Under the pieces are notes generated by a model. The model ran no database searches, was not told where the DNA came from, and was given only the letters and a program-made list of their open reading frames with translations. From IMG/VR virus record IMGVR_UViG_3300047173_000017: a stretch of 54,428 nucleotides of DNA. One strand, 5' to 3'. Source of the stretch: a virus. Made by a program: the position numbers and the translations under genes. Each line of letters starts with the position of its first letter. Positions within the stretch are counted from its first letter, which is position 1. Positions 6,735 through 16,077 of this stretch are shown piece after piece.

Positions 6735-7586
6735 ATGGGAGTTCCCTATTTCCCGCTGTACCCCACGGATTTCCTGGCCGACGTAGGCCACCTTGGCAAC
6801 ACCGAGCTCGGCATCTACTGGCGCCTTCTGCTCGTCTACTACCGCGACCAGCGCGCCCTGCCGGCCGAGCCTGATCGAATCCGCCGCATCGCGATGTGCT
6901 TCACGCCCGAGGAAAACAAGACCCTCGAGCACGTCTTGCTCGAGTTCTTCGTCCTTGCCACAGACGACGAGGGCCGGCGCAGCTGGCGCCACAAGCGGGC
7001 CGACATCGAGATCGAAAAGGCCAGGTCGAAGATCAAGGCAATGCAGGACTCGGCAGTGCGTACCAATGCGATGCGGTGGGGGTCGAAGGGCGAATCGGTT
7101 GCCGAATCGCTACCCGAATCGCTACCCGAATCGCCTAGCGATCGCTTAGCGAGTCGCTTAGCGGTCAATAACCAGAACCAGATACAGAATCAAAAGAAGA
7201 AAGAGTCTTTACCCGAGCAGCACCTATCTAAAGCCAGTAGTGATGTATCAACTATTGGGCGATCCAAAGCCGGATCGCCCGTGGTTTACCCGCCGGGGTT
7301 CACTGCGTTTTGGGAGGCATACCCTCGAAAGCGCGGCAAGGACGACGCGTTCAAGGCGTGGCGCGTGCTCAAGCCCACGCCGGCGCTGCTCGAGCAGATG
7401 GTCGCCGCCATTGCCGTGCAGCGCGCTGGACCCGAGTGGACGCGCGAGGGTGGTCAATTCATCCCTCACCCCGCGACCTGGTTGCGTGCTGGCCGATGGA
7501 AGGACGAGGTCGAGACGGTTGCCGATGATGGCGAGCGCCTGGCGGCTATGATTCAATCCGATCCACGCTTTTCAACCCCGACGTGA
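6735..7586 (+). CDS. DUF1376 (YdaU-like) replication initiation/primosome-recruiting protein
   Basis: N-terminus MGVPYFPLYPTDFLADVGHLGNTELGIYWRLLLVYY is the hallmark DUF1376 opening. GAGGA lies 8 nt upstream. The central linker is encoded by iterons plus AT-rich DNA. Confidence 0.75.
   Translation: MGVPYFPLYPTDFLADVGHLGNTELGIYWRLLLVYYRDQRALPAEPDRIRRIAMCFTPEENKTLEHVLLEFFVLATDDEGRRSWRHKRADIEIEKARSKIKAMQDSAVRTNAMRWGSKGESVAESLPESLPESPSDRLASRLAVNNQNQIQNQKKKESLPEQHLSKASSDVSTIGRSKAGSPVVYPPGFTAFWEAYPRKRGKDDAFKAWRVLKPTPALLEQMVAAIAVQRAGPEWTREGGQFIPHPATWLRAGRWKDEVETVADDGERLAAMIQSDPRFSTPT
7091..7162. repeat. Six tandem 12-bp iteron-like units inside the DUF1376 gene (candidate origin iterons)
   Basis: Units: cgaatcggttgc / cgaatcgctacc / cgaatcgctacc / cgaatcgcctag / cgatcgcttagc / gagtcgcttagc, read directly. 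12-bp phase. Confidence 0.6.
7163..7262. other. AT-rich stretch adjoining the iterons (candidate DNA-unwinding element)
   Basis: My hand count gives about 42 G+C in 100 nt (ggtcaataaccagaaccagatacagaatcaaaagaagaaagag...), against a visibly >60% G+C background. Confidence 0.5.
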
Positions 7587-7592
7587 GGCACC

Positions 7593-8060
7593 GTGAACCC
7601 TTCCGACCTATCCATTTTCAAGGCCAGGCTGACCGAGCTTGCCGAGGCGTTGCAGGCCAAGCCACCGACCGACATCGCCATGAAAGCCTGGTTCCTGGCG
7701 CTGCGCGACATTCCCCTCACGACGTGCGTCGATGCGCTCGACGAGTGGACCTGCACGAAGCCGCGCTACCCGTCGCCTTCGGACGTGCGCCAGCTCGCGT
7801 CGGCGAAGATCAGCGCCCGGATCGAGGAACAGGCCAAGGTCGATCGGTCCAGCGCCGGGACGCTTGAGTCGGTGATGCGCACGGCGCCGGCGCGGCTGCG
7901 CGATCTCAGCCCAGAGGACCAGGCGGTTTGCCGCAAGGCGATCGAGGCGTGCTGGCTGGCGCTCAAGCGAGCGCCGCTGGTCAAGCGCGTACCGCTTTCC
8001 GATGACGAGGTCGAGGCTCGGATGGAGCGCGAGGCGATCCAGGCCGAAGGTAGGGCATGA
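7593..8060 (+). CDS. Hypothetical replication-module protein (155 aa)
   Basis: GTG start with GAGG 4 nt upstream. Sits directly after the initiator gene. A helicase-loader-type role is only positional inference. Confidence 0.6.
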   Translation: MNPSDLSIFKARLTELAEALQAKPPTDIAMKAWFLALRDIPLTTCVDALDEWTCTKPRYPSPSDVRQLASAKISARIEEQAKVDRSSAGTLESVMRTAPARLRDLSPEDQAVCRKAIEACWLALKRAPLVKRVPLSDDEVEARMEREAIQAEGRA

Positions 8061-8108
8061 TGGCGCCTGACTCAGCCCTTCGGCTGAGCGCAACTGCGGG
8101 AGCACGAC

Positions 8109-8339
8109 ATGGGTTCAGGAATCCTCTCAACGATCATCTGGCTGCTGGTCATCTGCCTGGTGATCGGCCTGGCGTACATCATCATCAAAAACCTCATCAT
8201 GCCGGCGATACCCGCGCCGATGCAGGTCTGGGTCTGGGCGATCATCGGCATCCTGCTGCTGCTGGTGCTGGCCGGGGTCATCCTGCAGTGGGGGCCGATG
8301 CACCTGGCATCGAGCGGGCCGCTTCTGCGCTCACCTTGA
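8109..8339 (+). CDS. Small membrane protein (76 aa, two hydrophobic helices)
   Basis: GGGAG 6 nt upstream. Hydrophobic helices ILSTIIWLLVICLVIGLAYIII and VWVWAIIGILLLLVLAGVIL. Confidence 0.65.
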   Translation: MGSGILSTIIWLLVICLVIGLAYIIIKNLIMPAIPAPMQVWVWAIIGILLLLVLAGVILQWGPMHLASSGPLLRSP

Positions 8340-8346
8340 GGTCGTG

Positions 8347-8658
8347 ATGGACGAGGCCAATGGAGCGTTGCACGTGGAACATGCCGAGGTACTGCGCCTC
8401 GAGCCGGACGCCTTGTTCGCGCTGCGCCGGATGCTCCAATCCGTGCGCCTCGAGGCGACGCAGGACGACGTGGCGTTCGTCGCGGTGGTCGTGGGGTATA
8501 GAGACAAGCCATGCCAGCTGCAGATGACGTGCGTCCCGCACGCCAACGTGCTGAACATCGCCCGGCAGCTGGCCAACTCCGGCAAGGCGCTCGACATCCA
8601 GGCGCGAGCGAAGATGGCCGAGCTCGGTCAGGACGCGGCGCCGCCGCCGATCCAATGA
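8347..8658 (+). CDS. Hypothetical protein (103 aa)
   Basis: ORF 8344..8658. ATG 8347 lies 6 nt after GAGG. Confidence 0.6.
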   Translation: MDEANGALHVEHAEVLRLEPDALFALRRMLQSVRLEATQDDVAFVAVVVGYRDKPCQLQMTCVPHANVLNIARQLANSGKALDIQARAKMAELGQDAAPPPIQ

Positions 8659-8852
8659 CGCACTCGGCCGGCGAGGTCGTTTTGGCATCGACGATCGTCG
8701 GCCTGGTCATCGGCATCGGGGTGTACTGGCTGGCCAGGCAGGTCGCCGAGGTCGTCCGGGTCTGGCGCATCGCCTACCGGATCGCCGGGCGGCTGCGGGA
8801 CGTAGACGCGGATACCGCCAGGCGCTACAGTCGCGACGTTCAATCCCGCTAA
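8655..8852 (+). CDS. Small membrane protein (65 aa)
   Basis: Internal ATG with ATGA overlap. Hydrophobic VVLASTIVGLVIGIGVYWL. Confidence 0.55.
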   Translation: MTHSAGEVVLASTIVGLVIGIGVYWLARQVAEVVRVWRIAYRIAGRLRDVDADTARRYSRDVQSR

Positions 8853-8871
8853 ACCGTCACCTGGGGGCGCC

Positions 8872-9153
8872 ATGTCCGCTTTAGGCACGCTGGTCCATAC
8901 CGACCTGATCAAGATCGAGGCGAACGCGACGCACCTTCTGCGAACCTGGGAGACGGATCTTCAGACCGGGGTCACGAAGCTGCTGTCCGCGGTGCACGTC
9001 AACGCCGACGCGGCGCTGGCCAGTCTGGCATCGAAGGCCGAGGCGTTCGGCTACAAACTGGTGCAGATGAGCAGCGACGAGCTCGCGGCGCTCAAGCAAC
9101 GCGTGACCGCGGCGCAAGCCGCAGCGCAGACGGCGTCGCCGGCGGCGACCTGA
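8872..9153 (+). CDS. Hypothetical protein (93 aa)
   Basis: ORF track; co-oriented; non-shadow composition. Confidence 0.6.
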   Translation: MSALGTLVHTDLIKIEANATHLLRTWETDLQTGVTKLLSAVHVNADAALASLASKAEAFGYKLVQMSSDELAALKQRVTAAQAAAQTASPAAT

Positions 9154-9425
9154 TGCACTCGTTTGCCACGCTCGAGGTATCGCCAGTGGCGTACGACGAG
9201 GTCGCGCGGAAGCTACGAGCGGCCGGTTATCACGACGCCTTCTGCGACACGGCGCTGGGCAAGGTCATCGACATGCACGGCGTCGGCCTGGTGCGCGGCG
9301 CCGGTCCAGCGGTGGACCTGGAACGCGTGCGCCGGCTGCGCGAGCGCAGTGACCAGCAGCTAGCCGATCTGCATCGCATCTACGCCGACGATCGCCTCGA
9401 CGTGGACACGCCGCTGCGCCCATGA
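9153..9425 (+). CDS. Hypothetical protein (90 aa)
   Basis: ORF track. TGATG overlap at the start, ATGA at the end. Confidence 0.6.
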   Translation: MHSFATLEVSPVAYDEVARKLRAAGYHDAFCDTALGKVIDMHGVGLVRGAGPAVDLERVRRLRERSDQQLADLHRIYADDRLDVDTPLRP

Positions 9426-9988
9426 GTCGCGACCTGGTGCCTGCCACGCCGATGCTGCCGGACGCGCCGGCGAGCATCGTTGAAAAGACGCAGGTCGGCG
9501 GGGTGCACTGGCAGCGCGGTCAGCTGCAGCAGGCCGCGAAGCGCCTCGACGCGATCGCGATGCGAGCTGGTGCCCATCAGATCGCGAGGATGCGGAACCT
9601 GAAGGCATCGGACCCGGCCGAGTACGCGCGCCGGTTCGGCGACTTCCGCAGCGTCAAGCCAGAGGACCTACCGCCGTTCCCGGACGTCGAGACGCCGGAG
9701 GGTCGCGTGCGCGCGATCGACATGGCCGATGCGCCTGGCTGGCGGGACGCGCCGCGGCCGGCGGATGCTGTGATCAAGCCGCTGACGGCGCGCACGATCG
9801 ACGACGTGATGATCACCGCCAGGCCGAAGGTCGCCTACATCGAGGCCTACGGCGAGTCGCCGCAGGAGGCGCGGAACAAACTGGTCGAAGCACTGGTCGA
9901 GCAGGGCGGGCGCGTCGAGAATGGCGTGCTGACCATCACCCGCGCGCCGGACTGGCTGCAGTATCACGCGACATGGGTCGCTAACTAA
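9422..9988 (+). CDS. Hypothetical protein (188 aa)
   Basis: ORF track; ATGA-coupled. Confidence 0.65.
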   Translation: MSRDLVPATPMLPDAPASIVEKTQVGGVHWQRGQLQQAAKRLDAIAMRAGAHQIARMRNLKASDPAEYARRFGDFRSVKPEDLPPFPDVETPEGRVRAIDMADAPGWRDAPRPADAVIKPLTARTIDDVMITARPKVAYIEAYGESPQEARNKLVEALVEQGGRVENGVLTITRAPDWLQYHATWVAN

Positions 9989-10003
9989 CCGAGGGGAACG
10001 ACG

Positions 10004-10945
10004 ATGGAGAATTGGATTGGACCGGACATGCCGGCGACGATCACCGGACTCGGCGCGCCAGCACGCATCGGCAACACGGTCGCGCAGCAGATCCACGTCA
10101 CGATGCGCGCGCGCAAGTTCGCCACACTTCAAGCCGAGCGCGACGCGCTGAAGGCCGAGGTCGAGTACCTGCGCGGCGAGCTTCACAACGCCCACGCCAC
10201 GGTGCTCGCGCTGAAGGTCGAGGTCGAGTACCTGCACGGCGAGCTTCACAAGGTCGACGCGAAGCTCGAGCTGTCGACCGATGAGCGCAACGCGCTGCAA
10301 CAGGAAGTCGGGCGCCTCGAGGCCGAGCGCAAGCGGCTGGCCGGAGTCGCGCTGCGATTTGCCGCGGTGATTCCGGCGCCGTCAATGATGATCGCGGTCG
10401 ACCCGGCAGCGCCTGGCGCAGACCAGTCGGTCGTTGCCGAGCAATGCGCGTTTCCGCGCGACTACCAGGTCGCGTTTCCGCGCGACTACCAGGCGCCTCT
10501 CGGCGAGCGCAACCATCAGGTCGTGGTTCGCCATCCTCAGCCGCCGTGCGGCGGCGCCGTTGGATCGGCTGTCGTCGGCAAGCTCGACCGCTGGGGCGAG
10601 GACAAGAGCACGATGGACGTGCTGAAGCACGCGGTCGACCAGTTCCAGCGCCAGGTCCTCGAGCCGACGCAGCGCATGTTGTACGGCGCAATGCACGACA
10701 TCAGCCAGCAGCAAGCGCGCGGTCTGCCAGCTCCGGCCGCGTTCGACCCGACGCACGACTACGGGGAGGACGTGCACGTTCGCCACCGCATCGGCGACCA
10801 GGTTCAAACCACCTACCACGGCGCGCCGGTTCTGTGGACGAAGGTCTACAGCACGTCGCACGACCGCGTGCGCTGGCAGGCCGCGCACCCGACGCGGCCT
10901 AATGAGTTCCTGTTCTGCGACGCCGAAGAACCCTACACCGTGTAA
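10004..10945 (+). CDS. Coiled-coil protein (313 aa) with internal in-frame duplications
   Basis: ORF track. A 41-nt segment is repeated 63 nt apart (10148-10188 and 10211-10251). A 24-bp unit is tandemly doubled at 10447-10494 (AFPRDYQV/AFPRDYQA). Confidence 0.7.
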   Translation: MENWIGPDMPATITGLGAPARIGNTVAQQIHVTMRARKFATLQAERDALKAEVEYLRGELHNAHATVLALKVEVEYLHGELHKVDAKLELSTDERNALQQEVGRLEAERKRLAGVALRFAAVIPAPSMMIAVDPAAPGADQSVVAEQCAFPRDYQVAFPRDYQAPLGERNHQVVVRHPQPPCGGAVGSAVVGKLDRWGEDKSTMDVLKHAVDQFQRQVLEPTQRMLYGAMHDISQQQARGLPAPAAFDPTHDYGEDVHVRHRIGDQVQTTYHGAPVLWTKVYSTSHDRVRWQAAHPTRPNEFLFCDAEEPYTV

Positions 10946-10953
10946 GGAAAGCC

Positions 10954-11151
10954 ATGCCACAAGACATCGACCTGACCGACGCGAAGCCCGGCTACCTGCC
11001 GGCGCTCGCACCTGAGACGCGGGCGGACCTGAAGTCGCACGCCGGATCGACGTGGTACGCCACGCCGTACAGGCGCACCAGGCCGCTGCCGAAGCGCCGG
11101 CCTCTCATCCCCTATCACGTTGCCAAGGCGCGCGCCGCCAAGGGGGCGTGA
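10954..11151 (+). CDS. Hypothetical basic protein (65 aa)
   Basis: ORF track; stop overlaps the next start (TGATG). Confidence 0.5.
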   Translation: MPQDIDLTDAKPGYLPALAPETRADLKSHAGSTWYATPYRRTRPLPKRRPLIPYHVAKARAAKGA

Positions 11152-11447
11152 TGGGATCGCCGATCGCCCCAACCGTCGGCCGGGTCGTGTGGTTCACGCC
11201 GTCCGACCCTGGCCAGCAGAACGATGCGTCGCAGCCGCTCGCCGGCATGGTCGCGACGGTCAGGACGAACGACGTCGTCAATCTCGGCGTGCTGATGCAG
11301 GGAGGGTCACACTTCGCCGCGACCGACGTTCCTTACGCCGATCCGCCCGTGCCGTACTCCTGGCGCTGGATGCCGTACCAGCTTGGCCAGGCGCAGGTCA
11401 CGAGCACGCCGAACACGACGCCACCGACGAACAAGGCCGGGGGCTGA
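11151..11447 (+). CDS. Hypothetical protein (98 aa)
   Basis: Internal ATG (MGSPIAPTVGRVVWF...) of ORF 11052..11447. Confidence 0.65.
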   Translation: MGSPIAPTVGRVVWFTPSDPGQQNDASQPLAGMVATVRTNDVVNLGVLMQGGSHFAATDVPYADPPVPYSWRWMPYQLGQAQVTSTPNTTPPTNKAGG

Positions 11448-11448
11448 C

Positions 11449-11898
11449 ATGGACTACACGAAAAAGGACGGCGGCACGCGCATCCACGACCCGCTGGTGC
11501 ACCGCAGCCTGATGACCGGCGTTGGCCAGACGGTGCACTCGAACCGATCCAGCGGCTCGAAGCGCGCGATGGACGTGCTCGAGAAGGTGCCACCGGAGGC
11601 CAAGCACGCGATCAGCGACCCGGCGCTGGCCGAGGCGCACCGCCAGGGAACCGAGGAAGTGCATACGCCGTTCGGCACCGCCGGCGTGGCGCAAGCGTTC
11701 CCGCTGCGCGGGTCGGCGCCGCACGCCTCGAGCCAGTCGCACATGGCGCTGGCCAAGAACCCGCAGCCGCAGGCGCAGTCGCTCGACGACGCCGTATCGC
11801 CTTCGGCGCGCCAGCCAGGGCCGCGGCGCATCATGCGCGTGCCAGGCGCAGTGCAAGGTGGACCTGCCAGCATCCCGGCGAAGAACAGCGTGCGCTGA
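11449..11898 (+). CDS. Hypothetical protein (149 aa)
   Basis: Internal ATG (MDYTKKDGG...) 1 nt after the upstream stop. Confidence 0.6.
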   Translation: MDYTKKDGGTRIHDPLVHRSLMTGVGQTVHSNRSSGSKRAMDVLEKVPPEAKHAISDPALAEAHRQGTEEVHTPFGTAGVAQAFPLRGSAPHASSQSHMALAKNPQPQAQSLDDAVSPSARQPGPRRIMRVPGAVQGGPASIPAKNSVR

Positions 11899-12272
11899 TG
11901 GCGCGCCTCTTCCACTTCGTTACTGCTCACTCGGACGGATCGGAAGAGGGCTATAAGTTTTGGTGCCCGTCGTGCGACGAAATGCACCGCTTCAGGACGA
12001 AGGCGCCGAACGTCCTTCGCTCCGACAACAAGCCATGGCCGGTCTGGAAGTTCGACGGCAACATGGAGTTCCCGACCTTCACGCCGTCACTGCGCTCGTT
12101 CTACACCGAGCCGGATTCCGGCGTGATGGTCACGCTGTGCCACCTGACGCTGACCGCCGGCAAGATCACCTACCACGGCGACCAGCCGAAGGACCGCAAG
12201 GGCCTGGCGTGGGCCGGCCGCGTCGTCGACCTGCCGACTCCCACCGCTGAGCAGATCCTTTCCTGGCTATGA
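11898..12272 (+). CDS. Hypothetical CxxC protein (124 aa) immediately upstream of terL
   Basis: ORF track. YKFWCPSCDEMH...LCHLTLTAGKITYHGD. TGATG and ATGA coupling on both sides. Confidence 0.65.
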   Translation: MARLFHFVTAHSDGSEEGYKFWCPSCDEMHRFRTKAPNVLRSDNKPWPVWKFDGNMEFPTFTPSLRSFYTEPDSGVMVTLCHLTLTAGKITYHGDQPKDRKGLAWAGRVVDLPTPTAEQILSWL

Positions 12273-13801
12273 GCGCGGTCGTCGCACAGACGCAGGGCGA
12301 CGCGTTCGTCGATGAGCTGGCCTACCGGCTGGCCGCGTTCGAGAATGACCCGGAAGGGTTCGTCGACTGGGCGTTCCCGTGGGGCGAGGTCGACACGCAG
12401 CTCGAGCACGAAGAGGGGCCCGACGCCTGGCAGCGCGAGCTCCTGGGTCGGATCGGCAACCAACTACGCGCCGGCGGCGATAGCGGTGCGCTGATCCTCG
12501 AGGCGATCCGCTCCGGCCACGGGGTCGGCAAGAGCGCGATGACGTCGTGGCTGACCATCTGGGCGCTGACCACGCGCAAGTTCACCCGTGGTGTAGTCAC
12601 CGCCATGTCGGACACGCAGCTGCGGACCAAGACGTGGGCCGAGGTCGCGAAGTGGTATGCCTTGTTCATTGGCAAGGATTTCTTCGAGTTCCAGGCGACC
12701 GCGCTGCTGCCGGACGGCGTGGAACCGGAAGAGTCGCGCGGCTGGCGGATCGACTGTGTTCCGTGGTCGGTTCATAACACGTCGGCCTTCGCCGGGTTGC
12801 ACAACAAGGGCGTGCGCCTGCTCCTGTTGTTCGACGAGGCGAGCGAGATCCACGATCAAATCTGGGAGATCGCCCGCGGCGCGCTGACCGACGCGAACAC
12901 GCAGATCATGTGGATCGTGTTCGGCAACCCGACACAGACCACCGGCGAGTTCTTCCAGTGCTTCAGCACCCGCACGCGCGAGTGGCACGGCACGACGGTC
13001 GACTCGCGCAACTCCCGCTTCAGCAACAAGGCGCTCATTGCAACCTGGATCGAGACGTATGGCGAGGACTCGGATTTCGTTAGGGTACGCGTGCGCGGCC
13101 TTCCGCCACGCTCAGGCATCAGTAACTTCATTTCAGTCGATGCGGTACAGGCTGCACGACGGCGGAATCTGGCGGCGCGTGACTACCTGCAGTATCCGAA
13201 GCGCATGGCCGTCGACCCCGCCCGCTTCGGTGACGATCAATCCGTGGTTACAGTCCGCCAGGGCCCGAAGGTCTGGCCGCAGTGGAAGTACAGCGGGCTC
13301 GACGGGCCGGATCTCTCGTCGCGGATCGTCACCGAAATCTGGCCTCATCACATGGACATCACCGGGTGCGCCGTGGACGCAATCGGTATTGGCGCAAGCT
13401 GTGCTGATGCGCTGGCCCGAGTTAAGCGCAACGATGCGAAGTTCCCGGTCCTAGAGGTCAACGTCGCGATGCCGGCGTGGCTGGATGATGAGTACAGCAA
13501 CCTGCGGGCCGAGCTTTGGGGCCGGATGCGGACCGGACTCGACCAGGCGCAGCTGCCCGACGACGACGAGCTCGAACAGCACCTAACGTGCGTGAAGTAC
13601 GGGTTCGACGGCAAGTCGAGGGTCCAGCTGGAATCGAAGCAGGACATCAAGCGGCGCGGCGATCCGTCGCCGGACTGCGGCGACTCGCTCAGCATGACGT
13701 ACTACGAGGACACGATCGTCAAGGCGGTCGCGGTGCGCGCGCGCGTCATTCCACGCAAGGCGCCGCGGGTCGTGCTGTGGCGCGGACAGCAGGTTAGCTA
13801 A
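12269..13801 (+). CDS. terL: Terminase large subunit
   Basis: 510 aa. Walker A SGHGVGKSAM and Walker B LLLFDEASEI, followed by a C-terminal nuclease-sized domain. Directly precedes the portal gene. Confidence 0.9.
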   Translation: MSAVVAQTQGDAFVDELAYRLAAFENDPEGFVDWAFPWGEVDTQLEHEEGPDAWQRELLGRIGNQLRAGGDSGALILEAIRSGHGVGKSAMTSWLTIWALTTRKFTRGVVTAMSDTQLRTKTWAEVAKWYALFIGKDFFEFQATALLPDGVEPEESRGWRIDCVPWSVHNTSAFAGLHNKGVRLLLLFDEASEIHDQIWEIARGALTDANTQIMWIVFGNPTQTTGEFFQCFSTRTREWHGTTVDSRNSRFSNKALIATWIETYGEDSDFVRVRVRGLPPRSGISNFISVDAVQAARRRNLAARDYLQYPKRMAVDPARFGDDQSVVTVRQGPKVWPQWKYSGLDGPDLSSRIVTEIWPHHMDITGCAVDAIGIGASCADALARVKRNDAKFPVLEVNVAMPAWLDDEYSNLRAELWGRMRTGLDQAQLPDDDELEQHLTCVKYGFDGKSRVQLESKQDIKRRGDPSPDCGDSLSMTYYEDTIVKAVAVRARVIPRKAPRVVLWRGQQVS

Positions 13802-16077
13802 TGGCCAGCAAGACACCCGCGGTCGGCGGCAGGATCACCCTGAAGGGTGGAGCGGCCGGTATCAACATGCAGCCGTTCGTCACCTTCAGCGGGCCGACGC
13901 AAACCGATGCGATCGGCAGCGACGGCGAAGATACGCTGCAGGTCAACTACGGCACCGAGTCGGCGCTGGCCGGGCATATCCGGTATCACTGGCAGCGCAA
14001 CAAACTGTTCAAGGAAAAGATCCAGCTCGAGCTGCTGCGCGACCTGCGCGCCAGGCGCGGCGTGTATTCCGCCGCACAGATGCAGCAGATGCAGGCCAAC
14101 GGCAACCGCAATTACGTGTGGGTCGACATCACCGAGACGAAGTGCCGCGCTGGATCGGCGTGGGTGCGCGAGGTCCTGATGCCGGTGGGCGATCGAGCTT
14201 GGCAGCTCACACCTTCACCGCTGCCGGAGCTGCCGGCCGAGTTCACGAAGATGATTACCGAGAAGGCTGCTGCGAAGGCCAGGGACGTCATGCAGCAGTC
14301 CTACCAGGCCGGGGTCAAGCCGCCGAGCCTCGAAGAGTTCCATCAGATGACGTGGGAAATCGCCGGCCAGATCAAGGACGAGGTCATGGACCGCGCGAAG
14401 AACGCGGCATCCGACGCGGCCGAGCGGATGGAAAAGCAGATCGAAGAGGACATGGACCTGGGTTCGTGGGACGTGGCGCTCGACGGTTGCATCGAAGACT
14501 TCCTGACGTTCAAGGCTTGCTTCATGATCGGGCCGGTCTACAAGCAAGTCTCGACGATGAAATGGTTGCCCGGCTTCAAGGTCAGCGTCGAGAAAAAGCC
14601 GCGCAAGACGTGGGAGCGCCTGGACCCGTTCGACGCCTTCCCTGCGCCCTACGGTGAGACGTGCCAGGTTGGCGACTTCATCGCGCGCCGTCGGTTTCGC
14701 CGCGATCAGCTGTACGACCTGATCGGCGTCGAGGGCTACAACGAACCGGCGATCCGCCAGGTTCTCGAGCACTACAGCAACGGCCACCTTGAGGCGTGGC
14801 TATGGACCGAGGCCGAGCGGCAGCGGCTGCAGCAAGAGACGATGTACACGTTCCTCAGCCCGTGGGGGATCATCGACGCCCTGTGGTACTGGGGCTCGGT
14901 GCCGGGCTGGAAGCTGATGGAGTGGGGGATGCTCGACGTCGCCGACCCCGTGCGCGAGTACGAGGTCGAGGCGATGCTGGTGGGCAAGTACGTCATCATG
15001 TGCCGGCTGAATCCGGACCCGTTGAAGCGCCGGCCGTTCTGGAACGCGTCCTATGACAAGATACCCGGCGCACTGTGGGGCCGCTCGGTGCCGGAGCTCG
15101 CCGAGACATCGCAGCGCATGTGCAACGCCGCGGCGTGCGCGATGGCCGACAACCTGGGGTTCGCATCGGGAGTGATGCTTTGGGTCCACAACGATCGCCT
15201 GGCCGAAGGCGAGGACCCGACCGATATCTACCCGTGGCGCATGTTCCAGCTCAAGTCAGACTCGAGCCAGGGCGTGAACCCCGGCATCGGCGTGCTGCAA
15301 ATCCCGGACATGAGTGCCAACCTTCAAGCACTCGTCGAGAAGTGGGACCAGCGCAGCGACGACGTGACGGGCATCCCGCGCTACACCTACGGCAACGAGC
15401 AGGTCGGGGGTGCCGCTGACACCTACGCCGGCCTGTCGATGCTCATGAATAACGCAGCCAAGGGGTTGCGCCGCGCGATCGCATCGATCGACCTAGGGAT
15501 CATCCAGCCGTCGCTGCAGATGACCTACGAGTACGAAATGATCTACGGCGACAACCTGGCCGCGAAGGGCGACTGCTACATCGAGGCTCGAGGCGCTGCC
15601 GCGATCCTGGTCAAAGAGGCGATGCGCCAGGCCTATCAGCAGATCCTTCAGGCCAGCGCGAACCCGATGGATCAACCGATCTTCGGCGTGACCGGCCGGG
15701 CCGAGGTCTGGCGGCATGTGCTCAAGGGCTCGAACATCCCGACCGACAACATCATTCCGCCGGACGAGACGCTGCGGAAGGATCAGCAGGACCAGCAGCA
15801 GCAGATGCTGGCCGCGCAGCAAACCCAGTTTCAGAACATGGCGCAGCAGCACCAGGGCGATCAGCAGTTCCAGATGCAGCTGCAGCAACAGAAGCTCGAC
15901 GCCGAGGAACGGATGCACGGTGCCAAGATCGGTGCGGACGTGGAGAAGGAACGCATCAAGCACGCGCAACCCGACGGCATCGAGTTCGACCACGACGAGC
16001 AGGGCAACATCAAGTCTGCCAGGCCGGTCAAGGGCAAGAACACCCAGCCGACTGAGAAAACGGGGATTCAGACGTGA
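13801..16077 (+). CDS. Portal protein (758 aa)
   Basis: Large ORF immediately after terL (TAATG overlap). Size and Gln-rich C-terminal tail are typical of portals. Call is positional plus size-based. Confidence 0.8.
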   Translation: MASKTPAVGGRITLKGGAAGINMQPFVTFSGPTQTDAIGSDGEDTLQVNYGTESALAGHIRYHWQRNKLFKEKIQLELLRDLRARRGVYSAAQMQQMQANGNRNYVWVDITETKCRAGSAWVREVLMPVGDRAWQLTPSPLPELPAEFTKMITEKAAAKARDVMQQSYQAGVKPPSLEEFHQMTWEIAGQIKDEVMDRAKNAASDAAERMEKQIEEDMDLGSWDVALDGCIEDFLTFKACFMIGPVYKQVSTMKWLPGFKVSVEKKPRKTWERLDPFDAFPAPYGETCQVGDFIARRRFRRDQLYDLIGVEGYNEPAIRQVLEHYSNGHLEAWLWTEAERQRLQQETMYTFLSPWGIIDALWYWGSVPGWKLMEWGMLDVADPVREYEVEAMLVGKYVIMCRLNPDPLKRRPFWNASYDKIPGALWGRSVPELAETSQRMCNAAACAMADNLGFASGVMLWVHNDRLAEGEDPTDIYPWRMFQLKSDSSQGVNPGIGVLQIPDMSANLQALVEKWDQRSDDVTGIPRYTYGNEQVGGAADTYAGLSMLMNNAAKGLRRAIASIDLGIIQPSLQMTYEYEMIYGDNLAAKGDCYIEARGAAAILVKEAMRQAYQQILQASANPMDQPIFGVTGRAEVWRHVLKGSNIPTDNIIPPDETLRKDQQDQQQQMLAAQQTQFQNMAQQHQGDQQFQMQLQQQKLDAEERMHGAKIGADVEKERIKHAQPDGIEFDHDEQGNIKSARPVKGKNTQPTEKTGIQT

